A DNA stretch of 64,000 bases from Eledone cirrhosa (lineage: Eukaryota), in the NCBI GenBank assembly GCA_964016885.1, contig OZ024740.1, positions 157,976,001 through 158,040,000 on the forward strand, given 5' to 3'. Positions 42,496 to 56,679 of the stretch are shown here, in pieces (positions within the stretch are counted from its first letter, which is position 1; each line of letters opens with the position of its first letter). The notes beneath the pieces were generated by a model. That model did no database searches. It saw only the letters and a program-made list of their open reading frames with translations, and was not told the origin of the DNA. The position numbers and the translations under genes are program-made.

Positions 42496-45238
42496 GAGGA
42501 GGTTATAGTTCACTTGAAGCATTGTGTAATGAGGTATAAACGTTTGAATATGTATAATAAAGCCAAAACAATGCAGGTATGGACATAGAAAAAAGAATGC
42601 AATTGTAAAAAATATTGTTGACAATTCGTCCTTTACCTTAGATTTATTTAAATGTCCTTAATTTTCGAGATAATATCTCTTCTTCAGAGGGAAATAAAGG
42701 TCTCAAACCAGCGTTCTAAATATCTTGCCAAGCCATGCTGACAGGAAATAGTATAGAGTATCTGTTCTATCTCTAATGTCAAAGAGTTAAAATTAGGTGG
42801 ATAAAGAGTAGTCTCCCTTTAAAAGGGGTTTGTTTAGGGTTTTTATTTTTTAATTTTATATACATGCCTGTATAAGTGTGTGGGAGAATGCATGAAGGTG
42901 TAAGTATGTGAGTGTGTGTGTGTGAGTGTGAGAAGATAAGTCTATTCGTAAATGTGGGGGATAGGTGTTATCTGGTGTTAGAACTGGTTTTGTGTGTGTA
43001 TGTGTGAGAGAGAATAAGTGGAGGTGTAAGCGTGTGTGTGTGCGCGTGCGTGTGTGGGGTGTGTGTAAATATGGGGCTAGAAGCCCTATCAGGTTATAAA
43101 TTGGGTGTTGAGTTCTAGTCTATTATTGATTGGTGGTTGTGTTTTATCTATAATTAGTGCTTCCTTAATTCTAAGATTGCCGAGGTTTCTTTCCTTAGTT
43201 TCTATCCTAACTGTTATGGCTTTGTCGGTGTTTTTGCATTTAACTAGGTGTTTCTTAAATGAGGAAGCGTTAGTATTGAGGTGTTCTTTTATTCTTATGT
43301 GGAGTGGTCTGGTGGTGCTACCTACGTAGAAGTTGTTGCATTTGTCACACTCTAGTCTGTATACGACGTAAGCCTGGTGGCATATGTCTGTGTCGTTGAT
43401 GGGGTAGTTGGCTAGTCTGCAGCAGTTGTCATGTCTGGTGGAGTGTCTCTTGGCCAGCCGTCCGCGCAGAGAAGGACCCGAGTGGGCCAGTTGGATATCC
43501 AGTCCCTCTCGTCTGATGGCTCTGCGGATGGCTGTTGTTATTTCTTCACTGAAGTGTGGGAGCTTCAGGAAGCAAGTGTTCGTGCCTCGGGTGTGGTGTC
43601 CTCTGTTCTTTCTGGCACGGTTTGTGGTGGATGTCGTGTATCCGTTCAGTTTGAGTACTTCCAGGAAATGTGTTGTGTGTGCGTCTCGGTCTCTAGCGTC
43701 GGTGCATTTGTTCCGGATACGTGCCAGTTCGTTCCTTATGTATCCGAACTTGGCACCGAGTGGGAGGACCGATCTGAAATGTACGAACAGGTCCCTGCTG
43801 GCGGCTTTTTTATAGAAGCAGGTGTGGATGTTGCCTTCCTCTGTTACCCTGAGTTGGAAGTCCAGTAGGGATAGGGATCCGCGGTCATCGGGGTGTTCCA
43901 TGCTGAACTTTATACTGGCGTCCATGCTGGAGAATTTTGTGTATATTTTATCTGCCTCCTCACGGGATGATGTAAGGATGGGTATGTCATCTACATATCG
44001 GGTGAAGAAGGCATGGGAATGGCAGGTGTTGAGGGCTCGGCATTCTAGCTGGTTCATGTAGGTGATGGCCAGCAGGCCCGATAGGCTGGATCCCATGGGT
44101 AATCCTGTTGTCTGTCTGTATGTGTGGTGGTGGAAGTACTCAAACTGAACGGATACACGACATCCACCACAAACCGTGCCAGAAAGAACAGAGGACACCA
44201 CACCCGAGGCACTAACATTTGCTTCCTGAAGCTCCCACACTTCAGTGAAGAAACAACAACAGCCATCCGCAGAGCCATCAGACGAGAGGGACTGGATATC
44301 CAACTGGCCCACTCGGGTCCTTCTCTGCGCGGACGGCTGGCCAAGAGACACTCCACCAGACATGACAACTGCTGCAGACTAGCCAACTACCCCATCAACG
44401 ACACAGACCTATGCCACCAGACTTACGTCGTATACAGACTAGAGTGTGACAAATGCAACAACTTCTACGTAGGTAGCACCACCAGACCACTCCACATAAG
44501 AATAAAAGAACACCTCAATACTAACGCTTCCTCATTTAAGAAACACCTAGTTAAATGCAAAAACACCGACAAAACCATAACAGTTAGGATAGAAACTAAG
44601 GAAAGAAACCTCGGCAATCTTAGAATTAAGGAAGCACTAATTATAGATAAAACACAACCACCAATCAATAATAGACTAGAACTCAACACCCAATTTATAA
44701 CCTGATAGGGCTTCTAGCCCCATATTTACATACCCCACACACACACGCTTACACCTCCACTTATTCTCTCTCACACATACACACACAAAACCAGTTCTAA
44801 CACCAGATAACACCTATCCCCCACATTTACGAATAGACTTATCTTCTCACACTCACACACACACACTCACATACTTACACCTTCATGCATTCTCCCACAC
44901 ACTTATACAGGCATGTATATAAAATTAAAAAAATAAAAACCCCTAAACAAACCCCTTTTAAAGGGAGACTACTCTTTATCCACCTAATTTGAACTCTTTG
45001 ACATTAGAGATAGAACAGATACTCTATACTATTTCCTGTCAGCATGGCTTGGCAAGATATTTAGAATGCTGGTTTGAGACCTTTATTTCCCTCTGAAGAA
45101 GATATATTATCTCGAAAATTAAGGACATTTAAATAAATCTAAGGTAAAGGACGAATTGTCAACAATATTTTTTACAATTGCATTCTTTTTTCTATGTCCA
45201 TACCTGCATTGTTTTGGCTTTATTATACATATTCAAAC

Positions 45239-45243
<5 letters not shown>
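42493..45243. mobile_element. Young 5'-truncated PLE (minus, RT + GIY-YIG) with a ~1.1-kb inverted duplication of its 3' end; HHR in both arms; TA-flanked
   Basis: Minus ORF: YRQTTGLPMGSSLS, RYVDDI, LLDF, YVGSTTRPLHIRIKEH; 44124-45243 mirrors ~42535-43665; HHRs CCT CTGAAGA a GAGAT att ATCTC GAAA AT TA AGG at 42656-42690(-) and a one-base variant at 45090-45124(+). Confidence 0.95.
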
Positions 45244-45313
<70 letters not shown>

Positions 45314-45314
<1 letters not shown>

Positions 45315-46232
45315 TAGAATTAAAGCCCGGCGTTGCTCGGGGTCATTAAGTTACCAAAGTTAGGTTGCACCACCCATTTTATGGCAGCACTTTTTTGTCT
45401 GCCAGGCACTGGGTGAATGAATTGCAGACCTGGACTGCCGAAGCATGAGCTGCGCCAGCAGTTACAATTGTAGTTTCGCCTATGGATATTATCTCTGTGC
45501 AAAAAAGTGTTGAAATTTATTGTTTCACAGTACTTGCGCAACACGTGCGTAGACGATGCCAGCCGAACAACAGAGCGGCGATGGAGTTGTTCTGCATGGT
45601 TGTCTGTGTGTTTTCTAAATTTAAGACAGTAGGGAGGGTTGTGATATGAGGGAGCGTTAGCTGTTGTTTCTAGCAGGTTTAGTGACCTCATAGAGGATAT
45701 ATGTTTTCTAAATTTAAGACAGTAGGGCGTGGTGTGATATGGGGGAGAGTTAGCTGCTGTTTCTAGCAGGTTTAGTGACCTCATACAGGATATGTGTTTT
45801 CTAAATTTAAGACAGTAGGGAGTGGTGTGGGGAGGGGTGTGATATGGGGGAGAGTTAGCTGCTGTTTCTAGCAGGTTTAGTAACCTCATAGAGGATATGT
45901 GTTTTCTAAATTTAAGACAGTAGGGAGTGGTGTGAACGGACAGTATCACCATCAAGCTTGGAAAGAGAAAGTAGCAGAAAGTATGAAGTTGTATAGATTT
46001 TGAATGGTAGTAGAAAGAGTTCAGCAGTTTAAATAAGAGAGAAAGATCGTAAAATATTGAGTTTTATCTATTTTTTGCGTAATTGAGGGTGAAATTGAAA
46101 AAATTATCTGCGTCAAGACGCAATCGAAACTATTTCGAATACTGAATTGTAAATTTCAATTGAAGAAATTCTATATCGTAGATTTCTATAACGAAGGAGC
46201 ATGACCACACACTGAGCTTTATAGATTATGAT
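45314..46232 (-). mobile_element. Non-autonomous Helitron with an internal ~93-bp tandem repeat (45605-45935)
   Basis: Minus 3' end CCCGAGCAACGCCGGG hairpin + CTAG|T; four TGTTTTCTAAATTTAAGACAGTAGGG units; 5' boundary uncertain. Confidence 0.65.
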
Positions 46233-46379
46233 ATATATATAACGTGTAGATAGCTTGACAAATTGAAAATTGCGGCAGACAAAACCCAACCATACAATAC
46301 CAAAACAACACAACGAAAAAACTAATCAGGTTAGACAGTATATATATATATATACACACACACATGTACATGTACATGT

Positions 46380-46477
<98 letters not shown>

Positions 46478-46622
46478 GGGGGGCATAATCCCGCCTGCGG
46501 CGCCAAGCCGAAACGGCTTGTCGCTACGGTCGAGATTATGTCTATCTCTGTATCTATTCTGTATCTCCCCATGCATTGAGTACTCCCATGATTAGAACTC
46601 TCTTCGGTCTCAACACCGCAGA

Positions 46623-46696
<74 letters not shown>

Positions 46697-46942
46697 GAAA
46701 ATAGAGAAATTAATGTGAGCAAGAAGCCAACAGTATTTCATAATATATAAGTGACTATAACGTCAAGATGGAAAATATTTAACGTAAGATATGGGAAAAT
46801 AATTCAAACTCAATTAAAAAAAAGTCAAGACAGAAATTTTATCCACAGATTTTGTGAAATCCAGGGAAAAAACCAATAGAGTCTTAACTCAGAATAAAAT
46901 TAAGGTTAAATACTTATCCTTCAATTTGGAAAAACTACAAAT

Positions 46943-47023
46943 GCTCTATGTAGTCTTAAAAAGACTATTTCACGAAACTTTTCAGTGGAGTTAGTCACGG
47001 TTGGAGCCGTTCATCAGTAGAGC
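46943..47023 (-). ncRNA. Type-I hammerhead (long helix II, U16.1>C substitution)
   Basis: Minus: GCTCTA CTGATGA ACG...CGT GAAA TAGTC tttttaa GACTA CA TAGAGC. Confidence 0.7.
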
Positions 47024-47279
47024 TCAAACACGATAACCAAAAGGCACTGCTAAAATATGCCAGAAAGCGAATTTAAAAGCAGGCTAGTACACCTCGTGTG
47101 GAATTATGAAAATAAACACACACGGAGAACAGGGCTAATGACGTCAGAATGAGACGAATGTCTGTTTACAAGAAACAGCAGTCAAAACATGTACAACAAA
47201 AATGTATGGAGTTCAGCATATAGCAATATTATCGCGTTTTTTTTTAATCGTATATATATAATCGTATATATATAACGTC

Positions 47280-49031
47280 TCTGCTTGCAACTCTCCCATC
47301 GAACTCATTTCCACCGATCTCGACTACATCCTGGCACCCCTTGTAGTCGCCCTCCCCTCTCACTTATCTGACAACAACCAGACCCTCCGTCTTTTCGACT
47401 TCATCTTTCTACCTAGCCTACCTCCCTTCCTTTTCACTCTCGACATCAAATCACTCTACAGTGTAGAGTCTACACAGTCACCCGAGAACAACTTGACACC
47501 ATTTTCACTTTCCTCTGCTCCTTCCACCTCACCCTCTAATCCACTTCTTTCATCTCCACCACCCCCGTTCACTTCCTGGACAGAACATCTCCGTCTCTAG
47601 TGACCCCTCACATATTTACCTCAACACCTGCGTCTTCTTTAAATCCACCGACTCCAAATCCTACCTCGATTTCACTTCATAGCACTCCACTCATACCAAG
47701 CACATCATCTTCTACACTCAATTCCTCCGCCTCCGACGCCAATGCAGTCAAACCCATGACGTTGAGTCGCCGACTCATTACATGGCTAGAATCTTCACTC
47801 AATTGGGTTACCCCCTCCATTGTGCACGCCGACCTCACCTACACCAACGCAGTTGACTGCAACACAGCCCCACTCGATGCCTTCGTCCCCACACCAACCG
47901 ATTCCAATTCCTCCCTTACCTACCACCCATCCACCTTGACTCTCAAGAGGATGATCCTCCGTCTCTTCTGCCTCCTACTGTTGGACCCCTGTACCTCTAC
48001 CATCACTTCTCTCCTTGAAGCGCACACGTATCCGCCGAAATTTCCTCGTCCGCAACGCTCTTCTCTCTTCTAACTTTCCCCTCCGAATCCCACTAGTGTA
48101 CCCGATCCTGCTGCCACAGATGCCACTTCATCACCAATACCAACACTTTTAAAGGTGCCCAACGGCCAATCCTTCCGTGTCAGAGACTCCTTCCACTGCA
48201 CCTCCTCCAGTCTTGTCTTCGTGCTCTGTTGCAAGCCATGCGAGTCCAACTACATTGTATAAACCAGTCGAAGACAAGCAGACTGGCTCGCTTTGCTACT
48301 TCATTATATCCGGCTCGGCAACCAGTTACCGGTCACCAGACATTTCCACTTCACCGGAGACTCCTAACATGACCTCGCTGTTTTCAGCCTCGTTGCTTGC
48401 TCCGAAACCCCGGACTCACACGTGAAAATAGAGCAGCAGATTATTTTTTCACTCCAAACCTGGAGATGGAACGGCCTTAACTCCCCACCCTCTTCCTTTA
48501 GCCTTTCCCAGCACCACCTCCCTCCCTCTCTTACACCAACACACGCGCACTACTACTACTTTACCAACACACCCACTCAGAAGCACACATCGACACACTA
48601 TCACACATAAATACGAAAAAACACGCACACCAACAACTAATTAATTAGTTACACCTATACGACCATGATACAGATATATTCTTAGTAACTTTACTAACTA
48701 ACTAATCAATTATATTAACAGAAGACTCTCACACTAATACACACGTACTAACACCAACACCCACCAACACACGTACATGCAGGATCATGGACAAATACAC
48801 ACATTCTATTATTCCTAACGCTCTTAATTATCTAACTAATTCTACTAACACATCCAACTATTCTACAAGCCCTACTCAAACATTCACGCCACACTCCTTT
48901 ACTACCAATACATACACACGCTGCCATCAAGCTCCCATCCCATTTTTCGTACGCCACACACAGCCTCCCTTCTGAACACTTCCTCCTCGAGCCACTTCCT
49001 GAAATAGACCCGCTCTGACCACAACCCACAC

Positions 49032-49121
<90 letters not shown>

Positions 49122-49200
49122 ATTGCTTGAAGAAGGACTTATGCCCTAAATGTCAAACCCTCTTCATTAATTCATTAAGCAGTTAGTTCAGCTGCTCAAA
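47280..49200 (+). mobile_element. Old, deleted Penelope-like element
   Basis: LFTLDIKSLY (~47430), FKSTDSKSYLDF, FYTQFLRLRRQCS, TYHP, GIY-YIG-like FHCTSSSLVFVLCCKPCESNYI; decayed HHR-like TTGAAGAAGGACTTATGCCC at ~49127. Confidence 0.75.
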
Positions 49201-49312
49201 CTACTTCATACACCCCGTCGAATCAGAAAAAGAACCAGGACCTCCTAAAGAAATTGTCAAAGCGAAACCACGCTGATTTCAAGCGGCTGAGTTATAGGTA
49301 CCATGCTTCGAT

Positions 49313-49920
49313 ATTACTTTAGCTAATAATTCTATTTTCATTTAATTAAAGCACACCATTTACTGAACACCAGCAGGTCTTTTATGAGCAAAAATGTTAT
49401 TAGTTATTTTTTATTAGTAATATTTTGACATACGATACATTCATATGTACGATATTAGTACCACTGCTATTCATACACAAAAATGTGTTTATAATGTAAA
49501 TATTTTGTATATTTTCATAAATAAACTAATCTAACTTTTCATACCATTAGCGTAAAGTTAGGTTAGATTACATTAGGTCAGGTCAGATTAGTTTATTTTT
49601 TAGAATAAACAAAATATGCGCTCTCGATAATGTTTTTCGTATTTTTCGCAAGACATTTCTTTTTAAAAAATGTTTTTGTGTGTGCCATTAATATAGACAG
49701 AATAATTTATTTTAAAATAGATTAAAGCAAAAGAATAAATAAAGAAATGTTCTGCAGACATGCTATTAATGCCACTATCTTTAACTCGCAGACTAATTAA
49801 GTTGAAAAAAGATGAAAAGCACTTTTTGTGGAGTTTATATTTATTTTAAGTTCTTACTATTGGTGTTCAATGATTTCTGTGCTTTAATTAGGTAAAAAAA
49901 ATCGTCTAGCTATAGTAATA
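49313..49920. mobile_element. Diverged MITE with long imperfect TIRs
   Basis: TATTACTTTAGCTA..TAATTAAAGCACA..TGAACACCA mirrored by TGGTGTTCA..TGTGCTTTAATTA..TAGCTATAGTAATA. Confidence 0.55.
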
Positions 49921-50034
49921 ACCGCATTCTCTCATGAAAACATTTTAACATAATCTTATTAACAGCCCCTCATATAGGAAAGAATAATGTTAAGAATGTC
50001 GGACAGTTTATCAAAGTTTGGAAAATCAGTTTAA

Positions 50035-50244
50035 CCCTGTAGCATTTCCGGCCAGAATTCTCTCACCTACTTCTGCTCAAACCGGGAATAACCGGCCGCT
50101 CTTACTGATTTTAAGGTACTGTTCTCCAATTTCATAATATCAACATTTCATAGCTTCGATGTTATGTGAGATAACTATGTGAAGTAAAGCCTTTTCCATG
50201 AAAATACAATAGTATATATATAGAGTAATGTAAATGCTAAAGGG
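50035..50244. mobile_element. piggyBac-type MITE
   Basis: TTAA|CCCTGTAGCATTT ... AAATGCTAAAGGG|TTAA. Confidence 0.75.
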
Positions 50245-51030
50245 TTAAGTGGCTATATGATAAATAACAATGGAGTACGCAAGTCTTGCAACCATGTATT
50301 AACACACCCACGTAAATCTACTCTAACTTGTCACGAGGAATCTATAAAACATAGAAAGTATGATAATAGTTATACATACTAAAATCTAATTTCAACCATT
50401 TTTACGAACTCGAGTACCCAAAATACAGAAGTGAAAAACAAATTGGAATTCAATAATATAAAAGTAGTATATCACTGTGTTTTTAATTAGTTGATCATGC
50501 AATCTATCTTATATCAATTTACAGTTAAGGGAGTGTACTTGAAAAGTTTCAATTACATCGAACAAAGTACATGAGTCAAATCAAGAAAGTTATTGCTTTA
50601 GTATTTCGCGAGGTGTTAGTGGATAATTTAAGCCAGTCACTATACTGGTTTCTTAGTATTGTAAGATCTTTTCAGCTTCACTTAAATGTCAAGACAAGGT
50701 AAGAAATGAATGAAGTATTAGCATAATGAAACTTTTGATTGTGTATTAATGCCGGTAGTTTTGGTTTAAAGTGTTGGTCCCAATAGATATGTATATCAAA
50801 ATCATTCAAGCCAGACATGCTTGGATGCTCAGATATCTAACATTGCACCTATCCTTAAAGATTTGATACAATTATGAAACAACCGGGTAAGCATCTGGAA
50901 TGAAACCTAAGCCGGTTGATGTGAGATCTTGAAATGGAAACCAAACTCCTTTATGGGCGTGGGTACGCGAGGCGAAAGAGAAAGTTGCCCAGCAAAGAAT
51001 AATTTAGATTACCTATATATATATATATAA

Positions 51031-51424
<394 letters not shown>

Positions 51425-51997
51425 CTGTGTCCATCTCTATGCTTCTCTTAAAAAATGCAAAAGCCGGCGTTCTTTTAAAACGATAACATATTTTTTCTTA
51501 TTCGACATGATTACAGTTCCATTTACTCTCAATGACTGACCTGTCTCATCTCAGCTGAGAATCATCGCTCAACTGAAATGAAACTCGGGAAGAATTGAAC
51601 CTTCATTTTCCTCAATAAAATAAGATATACTCTATGTATACATTGTGCTCTTCTTCTAAATGTAGCCACTCCTATGATACACACAGTTTGACGCATATGT
51701 ATGTATGTATGTATGTATGCATGTATATATGTTTGCATGTATGTATACATAAACACATGCAGTGGTGTGCAATCAATATCACCTCTATCTCTATTCAGCA
51801 TGTGATGCTAAAATTCTTTCACAATATAATTCAGGAAATATAAAATGTTCACACATTTTTCTGTTGTCATTTTTAGTATAGTTGGTTTGGGTACTTAATT
51901 GTGTCCTTAAAACTACTATCTAGAAGGGATTGATTGTAGTAAGGCGCAGCCTTATCGAAAATCTTCCAGGTTGCTGATATATATATATCTATCTATC

Positions 51998-52087
51998 TAG
52001 GGCGGGTAAAATTCCCGAGATCCATGGACGAGTTCTCTCCAGCGGTCTCTGTCCCTCATTATCGCTGCCATGTCCTGCGTCTTCAAC
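51998..52087 (-). mobile_element. 3' tip of an RTE-like LINE
   Basis: Minus frame LKTQDMAAIMRDRDRWRELVHGSREFYPP* followed by (TAGA)n. Confidence 0.55.
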
Positions 52088-52089
52088 AT

Positions 52090-52553
52090 ATATATATATA
52101 AGAAAGTAAGTCCATAGAATCATTTGATATTCATTGAATTCGTTTCTGGCGGGGATCATTTAAGAAAACCCTTTGTCCAATTGAGTTTGTTTCCTGATGA
52201 TTTCGAAACTCGTCAATTTATCCATGATCGGATATTTTCAAAAAGCGAATGAAACCTCGGGGGTATGTTTTATGTACATTTTTTCTTCTAACTTTGATTT
52301 TGTACCTAATTGTGTATGGTTCGCTATATGTCTAATCGATTTCTACGGCCTATTAGAAATACTGGGTAAATCTTCTGTGGCTGTTGATCGCGAATAAAAT
52401 AGCTATCATTTATTTATCTATTGTTTCTTCAGAGGTGCATTTTAAACTTATAGCCTCGTTTAATTGATTTTTGTGTGGTTAATTATGCTGATTGGGAGAG
52501 GAAATACTGTATATATTTTATCAAATGATTGTATGGACTTACTTTCTTATATA
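52090..52553. repeat. Element with ~35-bp inverted ends and decayed HHR-like motifs
   Basis: AAGAAAGTAAGTCCATAGAATCATTTGAT / ATCAAATGATTGTATGGACTTACTTTCTT. Confidence 0.55.
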
Positions 52554-52671
52554 TTGCTCTGATTGTTGATTATTTAATTAACTAATTCGTCATTGAGCCA
52601 CACCGTGAATGGTTGCCAAAAACACACATATATATCTATGGCTCTGTCTAGTTTATGTATATATAAATCTA

Positions 52672-52766
<95 letters not shown>

Positions 52767-52865
52767 TGTATTTATATATATATATATATATATTTATTTA
52801 TCTATTTATTCATGTAATGTATATATATACCCACCCAAAAGTGTGTAAATATGTATATACACATG

Positions 52866-53157
52866 TTAAACCACTGGATGTGAAGGACCCCTAGCCTTTG
52901 TCAGGGCATTCTTCTAGGAGAAGGCAACTCAGGAAAACTGGGATAACTCCGATATAAAACATGCGGCTCAGTAGTTACCGATGATGTTGATCTTTTCTTC
53001 TTTTCGGGTTATAGCTACTGCCGCTCAGAGAGTGGGATTGGCTCAGTGCACAGTCTTCAAAAAATATCTTCATGTACAGGCATTGCACGATAGAATTAAT
53101 TAATAATTATTAATAATGGTATATCGTGCAATGGCCATACTTGATGACGAGGGGGCA

Positions 53158-53163
<6 letters not shown>
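52866..53163 (+). mobile_element. Non-coding ~300-bp interspersed repeat (RTE 5'UTR-like head); also at 61036-61333 and 63705-64000
   Basis: CCACTGG..GACCCCTAGCCTTTGTCAGGGCATTCTTCTAGGAGAAGGCAACTC..GGCAGCCAT in three copies. Confidence 0.75.
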
Positions 53164-53224
<61 letters not shown>

Positions 53225-53279
53225 TTTGTTTCAACACACGATTTCATATTAAAAAACCTTGCGAAACAAATATATACGT

Positions 53280-53321
<42 letters not shown>

Positions 53322-53322
<1 letters not shown>

Positions 53323-55028
53323 TATTTCTTTATTAGCCACAGGGGCACAAAAGAAGGGGACAAATACAAAGGGGGAAGTTTACATACAATAAAAACGTGT
53401 AAAATGTTATCACAGATGGAATTTAAAAGTTAGTCGATTTTCCCCAATAGAGGGAGACAGTTTATATGGGTAACACAGACCCCCGAAAAAAATGTGCAAC
53501 CCTCATCTCCAGGAGTACGAAGAGCTTGTACTCCCTTCCTCTCCTCCTCCTTTTCCTCAACCTACAGGCTGATATAGAGAGAAGGCCCATTCACTCGGGC
53601 CATTCTCGCCACTTTCACCCACCTTTCATAAAACTTGCTGGGGTACAGCACCTCTCTCTCCATCCTGATTCTTCTTCCAAAGTGGTATTTGAAAAAAAGA
53701 ATCAGTTGTTGGCCGGAGAGAAAGGTGTCTGACCTCAGCCCTTTCAACCTTGTCCACCATACAACCTCTTTCGCCATAGCTATCACACAAAGGAAAACCG
53801 CCTCTCCTTCGTTTTTGAAGGAGGGTGGCGGTTTGATCATGACAATGGACTCGGTGGTCAACTGGATTGGTCCCACCCGCGACAATAGTCGTTCCACATA
53901 GCCCCACAGGTCAGTGACGCCCGGGCAGTGTATGAATGCGTGCGCGACGGTTTCTTCGTCTCGCACGCACCTCGGACAGATCTTTTTTGCAGGGTCCCTG
54001 CCCGGGCGCCCATGTCTGTAGAGCTTGTCTCGAACTGGTAGAGCTCCTCGGTAGCACTGCCAGGCCAGGGACTTTTGGAAGTTGTCCATCGGTCCCGGGC
54101 GGAAGGTCCTACCGAACAGACTGGCCAGTTCATCTTCCTCCACGCCCAGAGTTTCACCGAGCGCGTCGTCGCACTTGCTGCGGACCAACCCTCTATAGAA
54201 TGACGAAGTGGAGTCTCCACTGATCGCCGGGTCCGCCTGCCAGAGGGCTGTGAGCGCCTGAGCACATTCGATGTGCCAGTCGCCCATTTTCCTCGGTCTC
54301 TGCTTGACCCAGGACTGCAGCTCGGTCAGCGAGACGAGTCGTGGGAAGGCTCGCCTCACGAACGGGGCCCACACCGGTTGTCCGGTGAGGAATACGTAGA
54401 GATGCCGCAGCCTGAGCGCGTGTTTGCGCATCGTCAACCACGGCATCCCCAGCCCTCCGTTAGAAGGGTGTTGGCAGCAGATGGATCTTCTTACCAAAGG
54501 AGCCCGCCTCTTCCAAAGGAATCGGAAGAGGGCGCGCTCCATTTTGGCGAGCGTTTTGGCTGGACAAGGCACGACGGTCAAGCGGTAGTAGATGGCGGAC
54601 GCTATAAAACTGTTCGCCACCTCCGCTCGACCTTTCAAGGATAGTTTGCACTCGGCCCACTTCTGGGTGAGTGCAAACACCTTGGCCGTCACTTCGTTCC
54701 AGTTCTTCTCCACCTGGAGGTCCGGACCAAACCAGACCCCGAGCAGCTTTACCGGTCCTTCCGTCCAGCGTCCGACGACGCCATCGGAAGGCATCGGTCT
54801 GCCTCTCCACGATCCGAGTTGCAAACCGATGGACTTGTCCCGGTTCAGCTTCGCTCCTGTGAGACTTTCGTATTCCTTTAGTAAGGTGCCGACTTCCTCG
54901 ATTTGCGAGGCGCTCGACACCATTACTGTCACGTCGTCGGCGTAGGCCGACGCCGCTTTCCGCAGTCCCGGTTCCAGAGGGATGCCCTGCAATAGCTCCA
55001 GCTTCCGCAGTAGTGGCTCGAGAGTCAG
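53322..55028 (-). mobile_element. 5'-truncated Tx1/L1-like LINE, copy 3, uninterrupted 476-aa ORF2 C-terminal half, in (GATA)n
   Basis: ORF 53562-54992: AYADDVT, KLLGVWF, GGLG, CPRCVRDEETVAHAFIHC; (TAGA)n on both sides. Confidence 0.95.
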
Positions 55029-55097
55029 ATAGATAGATAGATAGATAGATATTTGTTTTGCAAGGTTTATGAAATCGTGTGTCGAAACAAATATTAT

Positions 55098-55560
55098 TAT
55101 ACTTGTGGAGGGTCATATTGTAATAATATTCCCAGAAATAATAACAGAACACACCCACTGTTTGGTTTGGATTGGTTTTCGCTTCTGTATCTTTTATATC
55201 TCCATAGTTAATTTATCTGGCAATCAATGTTTATCATTGATTGACCAACGGTGTAAAATGCAGATATAAATATATATACACAGTTTATCAAAGTTCTATC
55301 GTCACACATCTGCGAAATCATCAGTGGTACTGTATTGTAATATCTACCCCATTTTTATTTAATTAATTTATTTATTTCTTCTTGTCTGTGTCTCTGTGTG
55401 CGCATGAGTTTGCGTGTGTGTTTAAACATTGATTGCCAGATAAATTAACTATGGAGATATCAAGGATACAGAAGCGAAACCCAACCCAAACTAAACAGTG
55501 AGTGTGTTCTGTTATTATTTCTGGCAATATTATAACAATATGACCCTCCCCAATTATATC
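55098..55560. mobile_element. Fold-back element with ~135-bp inverted arms and an HHR-like motif (~55290-55326, minus)
   Basis: GGAGGGTCATATTG..TGGCAATCAATGTTTA mirrored at 55423-55552; minus CTGATGA..GTGAC GATA (GAAA mutated). Confidence 0.7.
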
Positions 55561-55690
55561 AATATATATATATATATATATCGGGTCTTTAGCTTTAAGC
55601 TATGGACTTTGGGATGTTGTGTTATTGCAGTTCTTGTCCAAAGCTGTTTACATTGGACAAATAGAAAAACAGGTAGGTAGGTATGTAGGT

Positions 55691-55733
<43 letters not shown>

Positions 55734-56370
55734 GAGAGAGGGGGGAGGTACATAGCTAGCTAGATAGATATATGCATTGGTAGGTAGCTGTAGATAGCTA
55801 CAGCTCTGACCAGTGAACATCTTGTCAACACTGTATGCAAGAAATTTCGGGTGGGCGATATCAAGTTAACATATCCATGTCAACGTTCGCACAAAGTGGT
55901 TGCCACATAATGCTTGTGAGGCCCGTTTATTATCAAATGTCAAAAAGCTCAATGTATTAACCACATTAGCTCTTTTTGCTGAAAAAATAAAAAAAAACTA
56001 TTTGTTATGCTCAATTAATTAACTAACTTTCATGTGGTTCTTCGTAAATTAAAAACCTTCTTTCTTTTTAAAAAAAAATCTCTTCAAAACACTTCTTCAA
56101 TCTCTTATTTTGCACAAATAATTAACTGCTTCGCTTGTGTGTCCCCGGAGATAAAATAACGTTTTCTCTTTTTTTCAAAATCTCTTTAAAATCCTCTTCA
56201 ATTTCTTTACGTTAATGACTATGATGGATTATTTTATTTCTTTGGGACTGACATCATCGAAATACCGAATTATTGTGCTGTCGAAGCTTTTGTATTATCT
56301 GGTAATATTGAAGTTGAAACGCGCGAAGACAGTAATAAAATGATTTGAAGTCCCTTCTTTGGTTGTGAAT

Positions 56371-56419
<49 letters not shown>

Positions 56420-56426
<7 letters not shown>

Positions 56427-56585
56427 TAAATGGAAACTATCTTTATAGAACCATATTTATTTTATTATATATATTTCAAGGATACCAACATTTTGGTACG
56501 TTCTCATCAGATAAAATACAGAAGTTGTTTTATAAATAGTGACATATCCTAAAAAACAAGAAGTTATCGTTTTAAGTTCTGTTTG
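56420..56585 (-). ncRNA. Single-arm copy of the fold-back family with HHR (~56455-56518)
   Basis: Minus: TATTTTAT CTGATGA gaac GTACCA aaatgt TGGTAT cctt GAAA TATATA TA ATAAAATA. Confidence 0.8.
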
Positions 56586-56649
<64 letters not shown>

Positions 56650-56679
56650 ATATATATGTTATATATATATATATATAAA

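Noticed and set aside
43089-44363. 424-aa ORF as a single protein with a novel N-terminus
   Set aside because: Its first ~78 aa are the antisense reading of the inverted arm across the junction at ~44123.
50676-50698. 23-nt micro-exon (TTTTCAG|...ATGTCAAGACAAG|GTAAGA) on plus
   Set aside because: Good splice-like signals but too short to distinguish from chance without transcripts.
52185-52222. CTGATGA-TTTC-GAAA-CTCGTC as a hammerhead
   Set aside because: Helix II essentially absent and stem I unpaired; at most a decayed remnant.
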